DNA from: an uncultured Rickettsiales bacterium
Lineage (GTDB): Bacteria > Pseudomonadota > Alphaproteobacteria > Rickettsiales > CAZNNM01
Reading direction: 5' to 3'
NCBI GenBank assembly: GCA_964574415.1
Contig: CAZNNM010000004.1
Location: 103,459 to 167,458, forward strand
Length of the DNA stretch: 64,000 nt
Under the pieces are notes generated by a model. It did no database searches and was not told the DNA's origin. It saw only the letters and a program-made list of their open reading frames with translations. Numbering within the stretch: the stretch's first letter is position 1; the number at the start of each line of letters is the position of its first letter. The translations under genes were made by a program, and so were the position numbers. Below, one piece after another: positions 8,310 through 17,835 of this stretch.

Positions 8310-9715
8310 TAGCCACTCACTTTTTCATCATTGGTGATATTGAGCAATTTCAGTTTGCGGTGTAGTGCAGAACGTTCCATTCCAATGAAAAACGCAGTGC
8401 GTGACACATTGCCGCTGAAACGGCTTAATTGGGCCAGCAGATACTGACGCTCAAAATATTCCCGCGCTTCGCGCAGTGGCATGGAGATCATATCGGATGT
8501 CATAGACGATTGCGCGACAATCGTTGTGCCAGAAGAGCAAATATCCGGTGGTAGCATAGAAGCAGAAATTCTGCTGTTATCATTGCTCGGCGCCATAATT
8601 AGCAGCCATTCGATAACGTTTTTCAACTGACGCACATTGCCAGGCCAGTTATAGGCTTGCATGGCAATAATGGCATCTTCACCCAGTTCACGCAATGGCA
8701 GGCCTGAAAGGCGGGCGCAGCGTTTGAGGAAATAGTTGCAGAGCAGAGGAATATCTTCCTTACGTTCGGCCAGCGATGGAATCGCCAGTGGCACGACGTT
8801 TAAGCGGTAAAATAAATCCTCACGTAGACGGCCTGCGGCGATTTCTGCTTTTAAATCACGGCTGGACGACGCAATCACGCGCACATCCACTTGCACATTT
8901 ACACCCGTGCCAGGACGCTCAAAACCACGTTCTTGCAGAACGCGTAGCAGTTTAGCCTGTGCAGCAAGCGGTAGGTCAGATACGCCGTCGATAAACAGAG
9001 TGCCACCATGCGCACGCTCTAGAATGCCCATTTTACGGCCACCGGCGATATTGGTGGCGTCTTCTACGCCAAATAATTCTTGTTCAACATGATCCGCCGA
9101 AAGGCTCGCCGCATTTAACACCACAAACGCTTCGCCTGCGCGTTTTGAGCGTTTATGGATCATACGGGCGACGACTTCTTTGCCCACACCGGGTGTGCCG
9201 GTGATCATCACACGGCTGGAAGTTGGCGCTAGGCGCTCAATCGCATGGCGTAATTGGTTAACATTGCTGGAATGGCCGATGAGCTCTGTATCGGCTTCTG
9301 TGCGTAAGCGCAATTCTGCGTTTTCACGTTTCAGGCGAGAGGCTTCAATGGCGCGCTTTAACACTAACAGCAAGCGATCTTCTTTAAACGGCTTTTCCAG
9401 ATAATCGTAAGCGCCTTTTTTAATCGAATTAACGGCGGTTTCGATGTTCCCATGGCCGCTAATCACAATCACCGGCAGAAGAGGGTATTTGCGCTTGATG
9501 ATCTCAAGCACGCCCAAGCCATCCAACTCGCTCCCCTGGAGCCAGATATCCAGAATCACAGCCGCAGGCGGTGTTTCATTTACAGCAGCTACTGCCGCCA
9601 AACCATCCGCTACTGCGCGCGGTGTATAGCCTTCGTCTTTTACAATATCTGAAATCAGATCTCGGATGCCTGCTTCGTCATCGACAATTAAGATATCCAG
9701 TGCCATTAGTATCAC
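8309..9715 (-). CDS. ntrX: Sigma-54-interaction-domain response regulator NtrX
   Basis: REC domain (ILIVDDEAGIRD...DIWL), AAA+ Walker A (GTPGVGKE), C-terminal HTH. Located between ntrY and trkA as in alphaproteobacteria. Confidence 0.85.
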   Translation of the reverse strand: MILMALDILIVDDEAGIRDLISDIVKDEGYTPRAVADGLAAVAAVNETPPAAVILDIWLQGSELDGLGVLEIIKRKYPLLPVIVISGHGNIETAVNSIKKGAYDYLEKPFKEDRLLLVLKRAIEASRLKRENAELRLRTEADTELIGHSSNVNQLRHAIERLAPTSSRVMITGTPGVGKEVVARMIHKRSKRAGEAFVVLNAASLSADHVEQELFGVEDATNIAGGRKMGILERAHGGTLFIDGVSDLPLAAQAKLLRVLQERGFERPGTGVNVQVDVRVIASSSRDLKAEIAAGRLREDLFYRLNVVPLAIPSLAERKEDIPLLCNYFLKRCARLSGLPLRELGEDAIIAMQAYNWPGNVRQLKNVIEWLLIMAPSNDNSRISASMLPPDICSSGTTIVAQSSMTSDMISMPLREAREYFERQYLLAQLSRFSGNVSRTAFFIGMERSALHRKLKLLNITNDEKVSG

Positions 9716-9755
9716 CCTCTAAACAAGTACTAACATGGGTTGTGTTGTTACTATC

Positions 9756-9848
9756 GTCATCGCGAGCGAAGCGCGGCGATCCAGAGCCTACTTAAAGGAC
9801 AAAAGCGTTCCGCTCCTGGATTGCCACGACCCTTGGCCTCGCAATGAC
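9756..9848. repeat. Palindromic element family PE-2 (GTCATCGCGAGCGAAGCGCGGCGATCCAG ... CTGGATTGCCACG..CCTCGCAATGAC)
   Basis: Full copy between ntrX and ntrY. Confidence 0.85.
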
Positions 9849-9915
9849 ATTTACAACCATAGCCGCATAATCTAGACGTTTTAATACCACGCCTGTAATT
9901 ATTTTGCCACATCTA

Positions 9916-12153
9916 CTATGCAATTTTGCGTAAAAATGTCAGTGTAACGTGTGCGCCTTCTGAATTATTCTGCAAAATCAATCGCCCAGCATGATCCTCA
10001 ACAATTTTCTTCACAATGGCCAGCCCAAGGCCAGTGCCTTTAGCGCGGGTGGTGATGTAAGGTTCGGTAAGCCGTTGAATTAACTCAGGAGGGAAGCCGG
10101 GGCCGTTATCAGAAATCACGATATCATAATGATTTCCTTCAACCTTGAGTGCTATAGAAATAGTCGGCTTCTCACCCTCTGGTGTGTTGTAAAATTCAAA
10201 AGCTTCTTCAGCGTTTTTCAGCAGGTTGGTGAACACTTGCGTAAGCTGGCCAGCATCGCAATACAGCATGTGTTTGCCGTCTGGTAGGTCTGGTTTATAG
10301 GTAATGCCATGCTCCAGGCACTCGCGGGAGAAAATGACATTGCGCAGGATTTCTTTCACATCATTATCAGCAAAAACTGGTGATGGAATCCGCGCAAAAT
10401 TAGAGAATTCTTCCACCATTTTGCCAATATGCTCCACATGGCTCATGACAGTATCAGTATATTTCACGAAATTTTTTGGATCCGACACTTCATCCGCATA
10501 TTTACGCTTCAAGCGCTCAGCAGCCAGTTGGATTGGTGTGAGCGGGTTTTTGATTTCATGCGCAATGCGCCGCGCCACATCTGACCACGCTGCCTGGCGC
10601 TGTGCAGAGGCGAGTTCGGTCATATCATCAAAGGTCACCACATAGCCTTCCAGCGCGTTGGCTGTGCGTTCGGAGGCGATGCGCACCAGCAAGGTAAGCT
10701 GCCGCCCTTGGCGCAGGATTTCCACCTGGCCTTGGGCTGGGCGGTCTGGGCGTTTTTCGACTTCTTCCAGCAAATCAGCCATTTCTGGGAAGGCGGAGGC
10801 GAAAAGCTGGTTTTCGAGATTGCCATCAATCGCCAAAAGCTGGCTGGCAGAACGGTTGATGAGGCTGATACGTTGATGCCTATCAAGCGCTACCACGCCT
10901 GCCGACACCCCTGCAAGCACTGTTTCCATAAACAAGCGGCGCGCATCGATTTGGTGGTTGGCATTGATCAGTTCATGGCGCTGGCGTTCGAGCTGCTCGG
11001 TCATCCGGTTAAAGGCACGGGCGAGAGTGCCAATCTCATCATTCTTCGGCCCTTCTTTTACGCGGGCGCTGAGATCGCCGGTTTTTACTTTTTCGGTTGC
11101 AGCAATCATGCGCCCAATAGGGCGGGCAATGCTTAATGCAAAGATCATCCCAAGCCATGCCGCTGCCAGCAAGAGCAATAATGCCACCAAAGCAAAGATA
11201 ATCGAGAATTTCACCTGAATATGCGAAATATCATGCTTCATACGCTGATATTCTGTCGCCGCACCTTTGGTTTTTTCTACATGTTCTAAGACTTTGCTAT
11301 CCACAAAGCGGCCGATTAATAGATAGGTGCTGCTATCGTTAATACCATAGGAATCTGATAAATTATCCAGTTTCACCAGCGCGCGGACGAGATCGTCATC
11401 GTCATTGGTCATTACCACTACTTTTCCCGCATCCGCTTGCTTAATCGCATCCACAGGCAAGCGTTCAAATGCAAAAGAGAAGCCTACACTCGCTTTGGCG
11501 ATAATTTTATTACCACGGAAGACGATGGCATCAGTGAGATAGCGCTCCTTGGCCTCGCTGGAAATAATACGCTGGAAATCTGCGTTATTAACGGGTCCTA
11601 CAAAAGCGCGCCGGTTAAGCTCCGCTGCCATCGCCCATACATCGGAGCTGATCATATTTTTATGTTCTTTTAAATAGGCTTCCGCCACGGCTACAGATTC
11701 CTGCAACGCCGTGCCCACACGGCTATCGAACCAGGATTGGATACCAAAATTAAAGAACAACACTGAAAATATTGCGACCATCACGGTAGGAACAGCCGAG
11801 ACCAGGCTGAAGATCAATACAATACGCGTTTGCAAGCGAGACCCCACCGAGCCTTGCTTTACCTCAACCCATAACCTCACCAAACGGCGCAGCACAATCA
11901 CCATCAGTGATAACAGCAATACAAGATTAATCAGCACCAAGCCAATCACTGCATTAGGATCAGGGCCGAAGGGGCCGTTGGTGCGGGTGATGGTGATATA
12001 AGTAGCTAGGGCAGAGATAACGGCAGCAATAATCAATAAAAACGCCAATTTACGCGTAACCCGCCCTTTGCGTAGCCATAGGAGCATGGCTTTGATGCGG
12101 GTGAGAATGGTGGGGGAGGTGGTGGCGTTTTGCATAAATATGGTACCCGTCAT
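9916..12153 (-). CDS. ntrY: Sensor histidine kinase NtrY (true start possibly the downstream M at MQNATT...)
   Basis: N-terminal TM block, HAMP, PAS-like region, H-box (AHEIKNPLTPIQL) and HATPase (GTGLGLAIVKKIVEDHAG). The annotated ATG lies inside a palindromic repeat. Confidence 0.85.
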   Translation of the reverse strand: MTGTIFMQNATTSPTILTRIKAMLLWLRKGRVTRKLAFLLIIAAVISALATYITITRTNGPFGPDPNAVIGLVLINLVLLLSLMVIVLRRLVRLWVEVKQGSVGSRLQTRIVLIFSLVSAVPTVMVAIFSVLFFNFGIQSWFDSRVGTALQESVAVAEAYLKEHKNMISSDVWAMAAELNRRAFVGPVNNADFQRIISSEAKERYLTDAIVFRGNKIIAKASVGFSFAFERLPVDAIKQADAGKVVVMTNDDDDLVRALVKLDNLSDSYGINDSSTYLLIGRFVDSKVLEHVEKTKGAATEYQRMKHDISHIQVKFSIIFALVALLLLLAAAWLGMIFALSIARPIGRMIAATEKVKTGDLSARVKEGPKNDEIGTLARAFNRMTEQLERQRHELINANHQIDARRLFMETVLAGVSAGVVALDRHQRISLINRSASQLLAIDGNLENQLFASAFPEMADLLEEVEKRPDRPAQGQVEILRQGRQLTLLVRIASERTANALEGYVVTFDDMTELASAQRQAAWSDVARRIAHEIKNPLTPIQLAAERLKRKYADEVSDPKNFVKYTDTVMSHVEHIGKMVEEFSNFARIPSPVFADNDVKEILRNVIFSRECLEHGITYKPDLPDGKHMLYCDAGQLTQVFTNLLKNAEEAFEFYNTPEGEKPTISIALKVEGNHYDIVISDNGPGFPPELIQRLTEPYITTRAKGTGLGLAIVKKIVEDHAGRLILQNNSEGAHVTLTFLRKIA

Positions 12154-12257
12154 CCCAGCGCAGGCTGGGATCCAGTTCTCTTAAACATAAAGCAATAATA
12201 CGGCGTTCATTTCATTCACAAGCGTCCTGCTGGATTCCAGCCTTCGCTGGAATGACA
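12149..12257. repeat. PE-1 copy
   Basis: GTCATCCCAGCGCAGGCTGGGATCCAG ... CTGGATTCCAGCCTTCGCTGGAATGACA. Overlaps the annotated ntrY start. Confidence 0.85.
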
Positions 12258-12264
12258 TAATAGG

Positions 12265-12513
12265 TTACTTTTCCCGCAATTCAATCCCTAACTCGTGAAT
12301 CTTCTTACGTAACGTATTCCGGTTAATCCCTAGCAATTTTGCGGCACGCAGCTGATTGCCATTCACCGCCGTCAGGCTTTTCTGAATCACGCAGCGTTCC
12401 ACTTCATGCATCACGCGGTCATACAGCCCATCGGTTGGCAATTCGCCCTCATGGGCATGGAAATAATCATCCAGATGTTGTTCAACACTAGAGGTTAGGC
12501 AGGCTTTTTTCAT
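12265..12513 (-). CDS. Fis-family (HTH_8) small DNA-binding protein
   Basis: C-terminal GNQLRAAKLLGINRNTLRKKIHELGI is the Fis/NtrC-type HTH. 82 aa. Confidence 0.75.
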   Translation of the reverse strand: MKKACLTSSVEQHLDDYFHAHEGELPTDGLYDRVMHEVERCVIQKSLTAVNGNQLRAAKLLGINRNTLRKKIHELGIELREK

Positions 12514-12515
12514 GA

Positions 12516-13367
12516 CTATGCCTCGTCGCGGATAGGGTTGGTAAGTGTGCCGATGCCTTCGATATCGATTTCACAGATATCGCCTGCCTTCATCCAACGC
12601 GGTGGCTTGCGCGCAAAACCTACACCTGCAGGCGTGCCGGTGATGATCACATCGCCGGGTTGTAGCGTCATCACTTCGCTTAGAGTGCTGATGATAGTAG
12701 CGGTATCGAAGATGAATTCTGCCGTGGTAGAATCCTGCATGGTTTCACCATTGAGACGGGTTTTGATGCGTAAGCCATGGCCCCCTTCCGGCAGTTCATC
12801 AGCGGTGACAATATGCGGGCCAAAACCGCCTGTGGAATCAAAATTTTTGCCGACTGTCCATTGCGGGGTTTTTACTTGATAGTCGCGCAGCGTCGCATCA
12901 TGGAAAATTGAATACCCTGCCACAACAGAAAGTGCCTTATCCTTAGAAACATGCCGTGCTTTTTTGCCGATGATAATCGCAAGCTCGCCTTCATAATCCA
13001 GTTTCTCGGATGCTTTCGGGCGGATGATTGGTTGCTTATGCCCCACAAGTGTATGCGCAAAACGTGCGAAGAAAACGGGGTAATCCGGAATCGGCATATT
13101 GCCTTCCGCTGCATGATCACGGTAATTCAGGCCCACGCAGAGGATTTTTTCTGGCTTAGTAACTGGAGGCAAATAATCCACGCTTTCAGCCATGATAATG
13201 GCTTCTTTAGGGGCCTGTAAGCCCTTCAGCGCATCCACACCTGCTGCCAATAAAGCGCACATATCCTTCGGTGCATCGGGTTTTGCGATGGAGAGGTCAA
13301 TAATCGTATCGCCCTGGCGAATGCCGATGGTGGGGGTGCCGTGTTTATTGAAGGTGAGTAGGTGCAT
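12516..13367 (-). CDS. Fumarylacetoacetate hydrolase (FAH) family protein
   Basis: LDYEGELAIIIGKKARHV..., GDVIITGTPAGVG and GIGTLTNPI are FAH-fold signatures. Confidence 0.85.
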   Translation of the reverse strand: MHLLTFNKHGTPTIGIRQGDTIIDLSIAKPDAPKDMCALLAAGVDALKGLQAPKEAIIMAESVDYLPPVTKPEKILCVGLNYRDHAAEGNMPIPDYPVFFARFAHTLVGHKQPIIRPKASEKLDYEGELAIIIGKKARHVSKDKALSVVAGYSIFHDATLRDYQVKTPQWTVGKNFDSTGGFGPHIVTADELPEGGHGLRIKTRLNGETMQDSTTAEFIFDTATIISTLSEVMTLQPGDVIITGTPAGVGFARKPPRWMKAGDICEIDIEGIGTLTNPIRDEA

Positions 13368-13417
13368 GGTGTGGTCCTTTTTCGTGTAATATCGCTCTTA
13401 TAATTCTTGTCATCCCG

Positions 13418-13516
13418 GACTTGATCCGGGATCCACTGTTATGGTTGCACTATCTATAAGAAGTTAGCTCTTAGCGCCAGTCATGGTAGATTCCGGATCA
13501 AGTCCGGAATGACAAG
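13418..13516. repeat. Palindromic element family PE-3 (TGTCATYCCGGRCTTGAYCCGGRATCCACTGTTATGG ... GGTGGATTCCGGGTCAAGCCCGGAATGACAAG)
   Basis: Full copy between the FAH gene and dusB. Confidence 0.85.
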
Positions 13517-13563
13517 GTAGCAAGCAATGACAGTGTATAAAATTCATAATTTGATAACAGGAT

Positions 13564-14571
13564 CTAAGCCGCCGCCTGCTGCACAACCGCATTCTCCCGC
13601 TCAATCAACGGCATAAAGAATGCTTTAATCGCTTCTTTCACTTCCTCTGGATTGCCCATTTTATTGACCTTATGACGGAATTCTGCAGAGCCGTGCAAGC
13701 CAGTGCTATACCAGCCAACATGTTTACGCCCCATGCGTACACCGCCTTCGATGCCGTAATGGGTGAGGATGTCGTCATAGTGTTCGAGTAAAATGCTGTA
13801 TTTCTCAAACAGTGATGGGTCGGGCAGTTTTTCACCGGTTTCTAGGTAATGTGATGCTTGGTTGATAAACCACGGTTTACCATAGCTGCCGCGTCCGATC
13901 ATAATGCCATCGGCGCCGGATTCTTCCATACAACGGGTTGTGTCTTCAAACGTCACAATATCACCATTGGCGATAACAGGTACGCTGACGGCCTCTTTCA
14001 CCTGGCGGATGAAGCTCCAATCCGCCTCGCCATCATACATCTGCGCACGTGTGCGGCCATGGACGGTGATCATTTTAATGCCAACGTCTTCGGCCATTTT
14101 AGCAAGTCGTGGTGCATTACGGTTGGTGTGATCCCAGCCTGTGCGCATTTTAACAGTCACAGGCACTTTGACAGCTTTTACCACCGCTTCCAAAATTTGC
14201 ACTGCACGGCATTCATCTTTCATCAGTGCGGAGCCGGCATAGCCATTCACCACTTTTTTCACCGGGCAGCCGAAATTGATATCGATCAGCTTTGCACCCA
14301 TATCCTCATTAAGTTTCGCCGCTTCTGCCATCACATCTGGCTCGAAACCGGCTAATTGCACGGATACGGGGAATTCATCCATGGTTGTCGCGCATTTATG
14401 CAAGCATTCACGGGTTTGCATAATCATAGCGCGGCTGGCGATCATCTCGGTAACCACCAGGCCTTTGCTGAAGCGTTTCACCATCCGGCGGAAGGGTAAA
14501 TCAGATACACCTGAAAGCGGTGCGAGAATCACACGGCTGGGGAGGGTGATGGTGTCAATCGTTATGGACAT
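13564..14571 (-). CDS. dusB: tRNA-dihydrouridine synthase B
   Basis: [18 protein letters not shown]..., [20 protein letters not shown] and ITVHGRTR are Dus-family motifs. Confidence 0.9.
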   Translation of the reverse strand: MSITIDTITLPSRVILAPLSGVSDLPFRRMVKRFSKGLVVTEMIASRAMIMQTRECLHKCATTMDEFPVSVQLAGFEPDVMAEAAKLNEDMGAKLIDINFGCPVKKVVNGYAGSALMKDECRAVQILEAVVKAVKVPVTVKMRTGWDHTNRNAPRLAKMAEDVGIKMITVHGRTRAQMYDGEADWSFIRQVKEAVSVPVIANGDIVTFEDTTRCMEESGADGIMIGRGSYGKPWFINQASHYLETGEKLPDPSLFEKYSILLEHYDDILTHYGIEGGVRMGRKHVGWYSTGLHGSAEFRHKVNKMGNPEEVKEAIKAFFMPLIERENAVVQQAAA

Positions 14572-14610
14572 TGCAGTATAACCTGGTTAGACTTGGCGTG
14601 ATTTTAATAG

Positions 14611-14729
14611 TGTCATTCCAGCGTAGGCTGGAATCCAGTTATCAGATGTGAGCGTAGCGAACGCTCTGTTTAAGAGTTCACTTGCGTTCACAATTATTGC
14701 GCTGGATCCCAGCCTTCGCTGGGATGACG
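14611..14729. repeat. PE-1 copy
   Basis: TGTCATTCCAGCGTAGGCTGGAATCCAG ... CTGGATCCCAGCCTTCGCTGGGATGACG, between dusB and ispDF. Confidence 0.85.
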
Positions 14730-14784
14730 ATATATGAGTGCCTAAAATATAGGCAAATGACGTACTTGGCAAGGCTATAAACGG

Positions 14785-15954
14785 ATGGAACGGATAACAG
14801 CATTAATTGTGGCGGCGGGGCGTGGTTCGCGCATGGGTGAATCAACGCCAAAACAATACCTTACTATTGCAGGTAAGCCTGTTCTTCGCCATACAATTGA
14901 CGCGTTTTTATCCCATCCGCGCATAAAAAAGCTGTATGTTGTTATCCATCCTGACGATAAAGCGCTTTACGAGCAAGCGGTTGAGGGGCTGGATTTACCG
15001 ACACCGATTATCGGTGGAGCGGAGCGGTATGATTCGGTGTTTAATGGGTTGAATTTACTGGCAGATAAAGCGCCACAAGCAGTGCTCATCCACGATGCAG
15101 CGCGGCCGTGTGTCAGCCATGATGTGATTGACCGGGTAGTGGCGGGGTTGGAGGCGTCTCCGGCAGTGATTCCGGCGCTTGTCGTGAGTGATACGCTAAA
15201 ATATAGCCAGAACAATAGGGTAGAGCGTACTGTTGACCGCCAAAACCTTTACCGGGCGCAGACTCCGCAAGGCTTTCATTTTTCTGCTATTTATTCTGCT
15301 TATCTGCTTGCAAAAGAAGCATTTTTCACCGATGATGCTTCCGTGTGTGAACATGCTGCCATTCCGGTTACAGTCGTAGCAGGTGAGGAGCGTAACTTGA
15401 AAATCACTACAAAGGATGATATGCAGCGCGCAGAATCACTTATTGCTGTCCAGAAATTGCCAGATATCCGCACCGGAATGGGGTTTGATGTTCACCGTTT
15501 TTGCTCGCCAAAGGCGGTGACGGATAACACCATTGCCATTTGCGGTATCCACGTGCCGCATGAGCGTAGTTTAGAGGCGCATTCGGATGGCGATGTGGGG
15601 TTACATTCCTTGGTGGATGCGATGCTGGGAGCGATTGGGGCGGGTGATATCGGCCAGCATTTCCCACCGACTGATCCGCAGTGGAAAGATGCTGATTCGG
15701 CAGCGTTTGTGCGCCATGCTGCTTCGTTAGTGGCGCAAGCGGGCGGGCATGTGAATAATGTGGATATTACCATTATCGGTGAACGGCCTAAAGTCGGGCC
15801 GCATCGGGAGGCGATGCGCAAACGTATTGCTTCTTTACTATCACTCGGTCTTGATCGGGTAAATGTGAAAGCTACAACCACCGAGCAACTGGGGTTTACA
15901 GGCCGTAAGGAAGGCCTGGCAGCGCAGGCGGTGGTGTCAATTATTGTACAGTAA
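14785..15954 (+). CDS. ispDF: Bifunctional 2-C-methyl-D-erythritol 4-phosphate cytidylyltransferase / MEcPP synthase
   Basis: N-half [11 protein letters not shown]...PKQYL (IspD). C-half GMGFDVHRF...[18 protein letters not shown] (IspF). A fused single ORF. Confidence 0.92.
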   Translation: MERITALIVAAGRGSRMGESTPKQYLTIAGKPVLRHTIDAFLSHPRIKKLYVVIHPDDKALYEQAVEGLDLPTPIIGGAERYDSVFNGLNLLADKAPQAVLIHDAARPCVSHDVIDRVVAGLEASPAVIPALVVSDTLKYSQNNRVERTVDRQNLYRAQTPQGFHFSAIYSAYLLAKEAFFTDDASVCEHAAIPVTVVAGEERNLKITTKDDMQRAESLIAVQKLPDIRTGMGFDVHRFCSPKAVTDNTIAICGIHVPHERSLEAHSDGDVGLHSLVDAMLGAIGAGDIGQHFPPTDPQWKDADSAAFVRHAASLVAQAGGHVNNVDITIIGERPKVGPHREAMRKRIASLLSLGLDRVNVKATTTEQLGFTGRKEGLAAQAVVSIIVQ

Positions 15955-15963
15955 GGAATTGCT

Positions 15964-16515
15964 ATGGCCCGTGCCTATTTGCCCTCTATCTCTCCGTTTC
16001 ATCCGCTAACTATCTTGGTAAGCTTTTTTTGGGTGGGGAAAATGCCTTTTGCGCCAGGGACTTGGGGTTCCCTTCCGGCATTCCCTATCGCTTTTTTAGT
16101 GTTTTTTCATTACGGTAAGGATGCATACTGGATTTTGCCAACGATTATTGCATCGCTGTTGATTATAGGCTCATTCGTTATCCAAATGTATACCGATATC
16201 ACCCGCCGGCCTGATCCGAAAGAAGTGGTGATTGATGAGGTCGTAGGGCAGTTGATAACGATTTTTGCAGCGGCTCCTGTGATGGGCGCTATGCCGGATC
16301 ATGGCGGCAAAGAAGGTTATATATTGCTGGCGGCATGTTTTGTGCTGTTCCGCTTTTTTGACATCGTCAAAATATGGCCAGCATCATTCTTTGATAAGAA
16401 GGTGAAGAATGGTTTTGGGGTGATGATGGATGATGTGATGGCGGGGGTGCAGGCGGCGATTGTGTTGCATATTCTGGTGTATTTTTTCACATCGTATAGG
16501 GTGCTTGGATTATGA
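15964..16515 (+). CDS. pgpA: Phosphatidylglycerophosphatase A
   Basis: [15 protein letters not shown] and VIDEVVGQ motifs, membrane protein of 183 aa. Confidence 0.8.
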   Translation: MARAYLPSISPFHPLTILVSFFWVGKMPFAPGTWGSLPAFPIAFLVFFHYGKDAYWILPTIIASLLIIGSFVIQMYTDITRRPDPKEVVIDEVVGQLITIFAAAPVMGAMPDHGGKEGYILLAACFVLFRFFDIVKIWPASFFDKKVKNGFGVMMDDVMAGVQAAIVLHILVYFFTSYRVLGL

Positions 16516-17000
16516 CAGAGGGTATTACCACGAAGGCCGATTTTGTACTGGAACGCGCGCAGCGTATCGGTGCTAAAATTGCTGTGGCAGAAAGCTGTAC
16601 AGGCGGGTTGCTTTCGGGTGCGCTGACGGATATTCCAGGCTCTTCTGCGGTGTTTGAGCGCGGATTTGTGACGTATAGCAACCAGGCAAAGCATGAAATC
16701 CTAGGTGTTCCTGTCACCTTAATTGAAGAACATGGTGCAGTGAGTGAGCCGGTTGCGGTTGCAATGGCCGAAGGCGCACTCAAAAATTCCCATGCAACTC
16801 TTGCTATCGGTATCACAGGCATTGCAGGCCCTGGTGGCGGTAGTGATGAGAAGCCGGTCGGCTTAGTCTATATATCGTTTGCCCGCACAGGGCAAAAAAC
16901 CCAATGCCAACGGCATGTCTTCACGGGTGGCCGTTCAGCCATCCGCAAACTTGCTGTGACACAGGCGCTGGATTGGTTGATTGAAGCATTGGCGGAGTAG
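16512..17000 (+). CDS. cinA: CinA C-terminal-domain protein / nicotinamide-nucleotide amidohydrolase (PncC-like)
   Basis: [23 protein letters not shown]...GVTYSNQAK...[11 protein letters not shown] is the CinA/PncC signature. Confidence 0.85.
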   Translation: MTEGITTKADFVLERAQRIGAKIAVAESCTGGLLSGALTDIPGSSAVFERGFVTYSNQAKHEILGVPVTLIEEHGAVSEPVAVAMAEGALKNSHATLAIGITGIAGPGGGSDEKPVGLVYISFARTGQKTQCQRHVFTGGRSAIRKLAVTQALDWLIEALAE

Positions 17001-17066
17001 GGGGTAGTCAATTTCTTGCTTTGTCATCCGCCGACGTGATGGGTGTTGCTTTGTGGGTTCTGCTTT

Positions 17067-17176
17067 TGTCATTCCGGGTTTGATCCGGAATCCACGGCGA
17101 CTGATGCTACCCAGTATCATTCTTATACATCATGCTGCCATAACAGTGGATTCCGGGTCAAGCCCGGAATGACAAA
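17067..17176. repeat. PE-3 copy
   Basis: Full copy between cinA and the virB3 upstream region. The right arm contains CCATAACAGTGGATTCCGGGTCAAGCCCGGAATGACAAAG. Confidence 0.85.
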
Positions 17177-17447
17177 GCTCTATTTATCCTACATAAAGAA
17201 CAGACTCGCAATGACAGTGAGCCTACAACAAAACCTGATCAAATCCACGGATGACGGCCAGGTCAACAAATATATAATTCCCCATTTCCTGATGTAAATT
17301 TCCCACAATCATTCGGGGCTATCTGAGGCTGTTGTATGCCCATTACCCTATGTTTTCCCGCGAAAAACCTTGGTTTTGGCGTGATTTCTTCACATTATCT
17401 TAACGCTTGGGGCTTATGCTATTTTTATGGCCGTATAAGCTATAACA

Positions 17448-17476
17448 TTGTCATAAAACTGTAATAAATATATAGT
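17448..17476 (+). promoter_or_regulatory. Candidate sigma-70 promoter upstream of virB3
   Basis: TTGTCA-17 nt-TATAGT about 50 nt upstream of the virB3 ATG. Sequence pattern only. Confidence 0.3.
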
Positions 17477-17525
17477 AGATTAGTTATAGTGGGCTATAAA
17501 CCTTGAGAGGAAGGCTTTTTCAGTC

Positions 17526-17825
17526 ATGGCTGATACAGGAACGTTACAATCTGATCCCCTTTTCCTAGGTCTAACGCGTCCGCCAATGTTATTTGGTGTA
17601 AGCTTTAAGTTCGTGCTTTTAAACGCATTTATCACGGTTATTACCTTCATTCAAACGTCGAATTTCATGGCGTTCGTGCTGATGTTTATATTGCACGGGG
17701 TAGGGTATTTGATTTGCTTTAAAGAGCCGCTATTTATTGAACTCTATACGATTAAATTCCAAAAATGTAATAAGTGCCGCAATAAAATGTATTACGGGTA
17801 TACAAACTCGTATGATGTGTATTAA
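17526..17825 (+). CDS. virB3: Type IV secretion system protein VirB3
   Basis: DPLFLGLTRPPMLFGVSF followed by two TM helices, 99 aa, immediately upstream of virB4. Confidence 0.8.
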   Translation: MADTGTLQSDPLFLGLTRPPMLFGVSFKFVLLNAFITVITFIQTSNFMAFVLMFILHGVGYLICFKEPLFIELYTIKFQKCNKCRNKMYYGYTNSYDVY

Positions 17826-17835
17826 CGGGTTGTAA

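Noticed and set aside
9916-12153. Track start codons of ntrY (12153) and trpC (57289) as genuine N-termini
   Set aside because: Both ATGs are the CAT/ATG of a palindromic element terminus (GTCAT...). Conserved protein sequence begins at downstream Met codons, so the extensions are probably artefacts of repeat insertion next to the genes.
14587-14772. Short track ORFs such as 14587..14772, 16935..17120, 17043..17297, 45698..45958, 51939..52136, 55653..55939
   Set aside because: These are translations of the palindromic elements, giving peptide strings like WIPAYAGMT or SFRGLDPESTA. They have no start context, and the same peptides recur wherever a repeat copy occurs.
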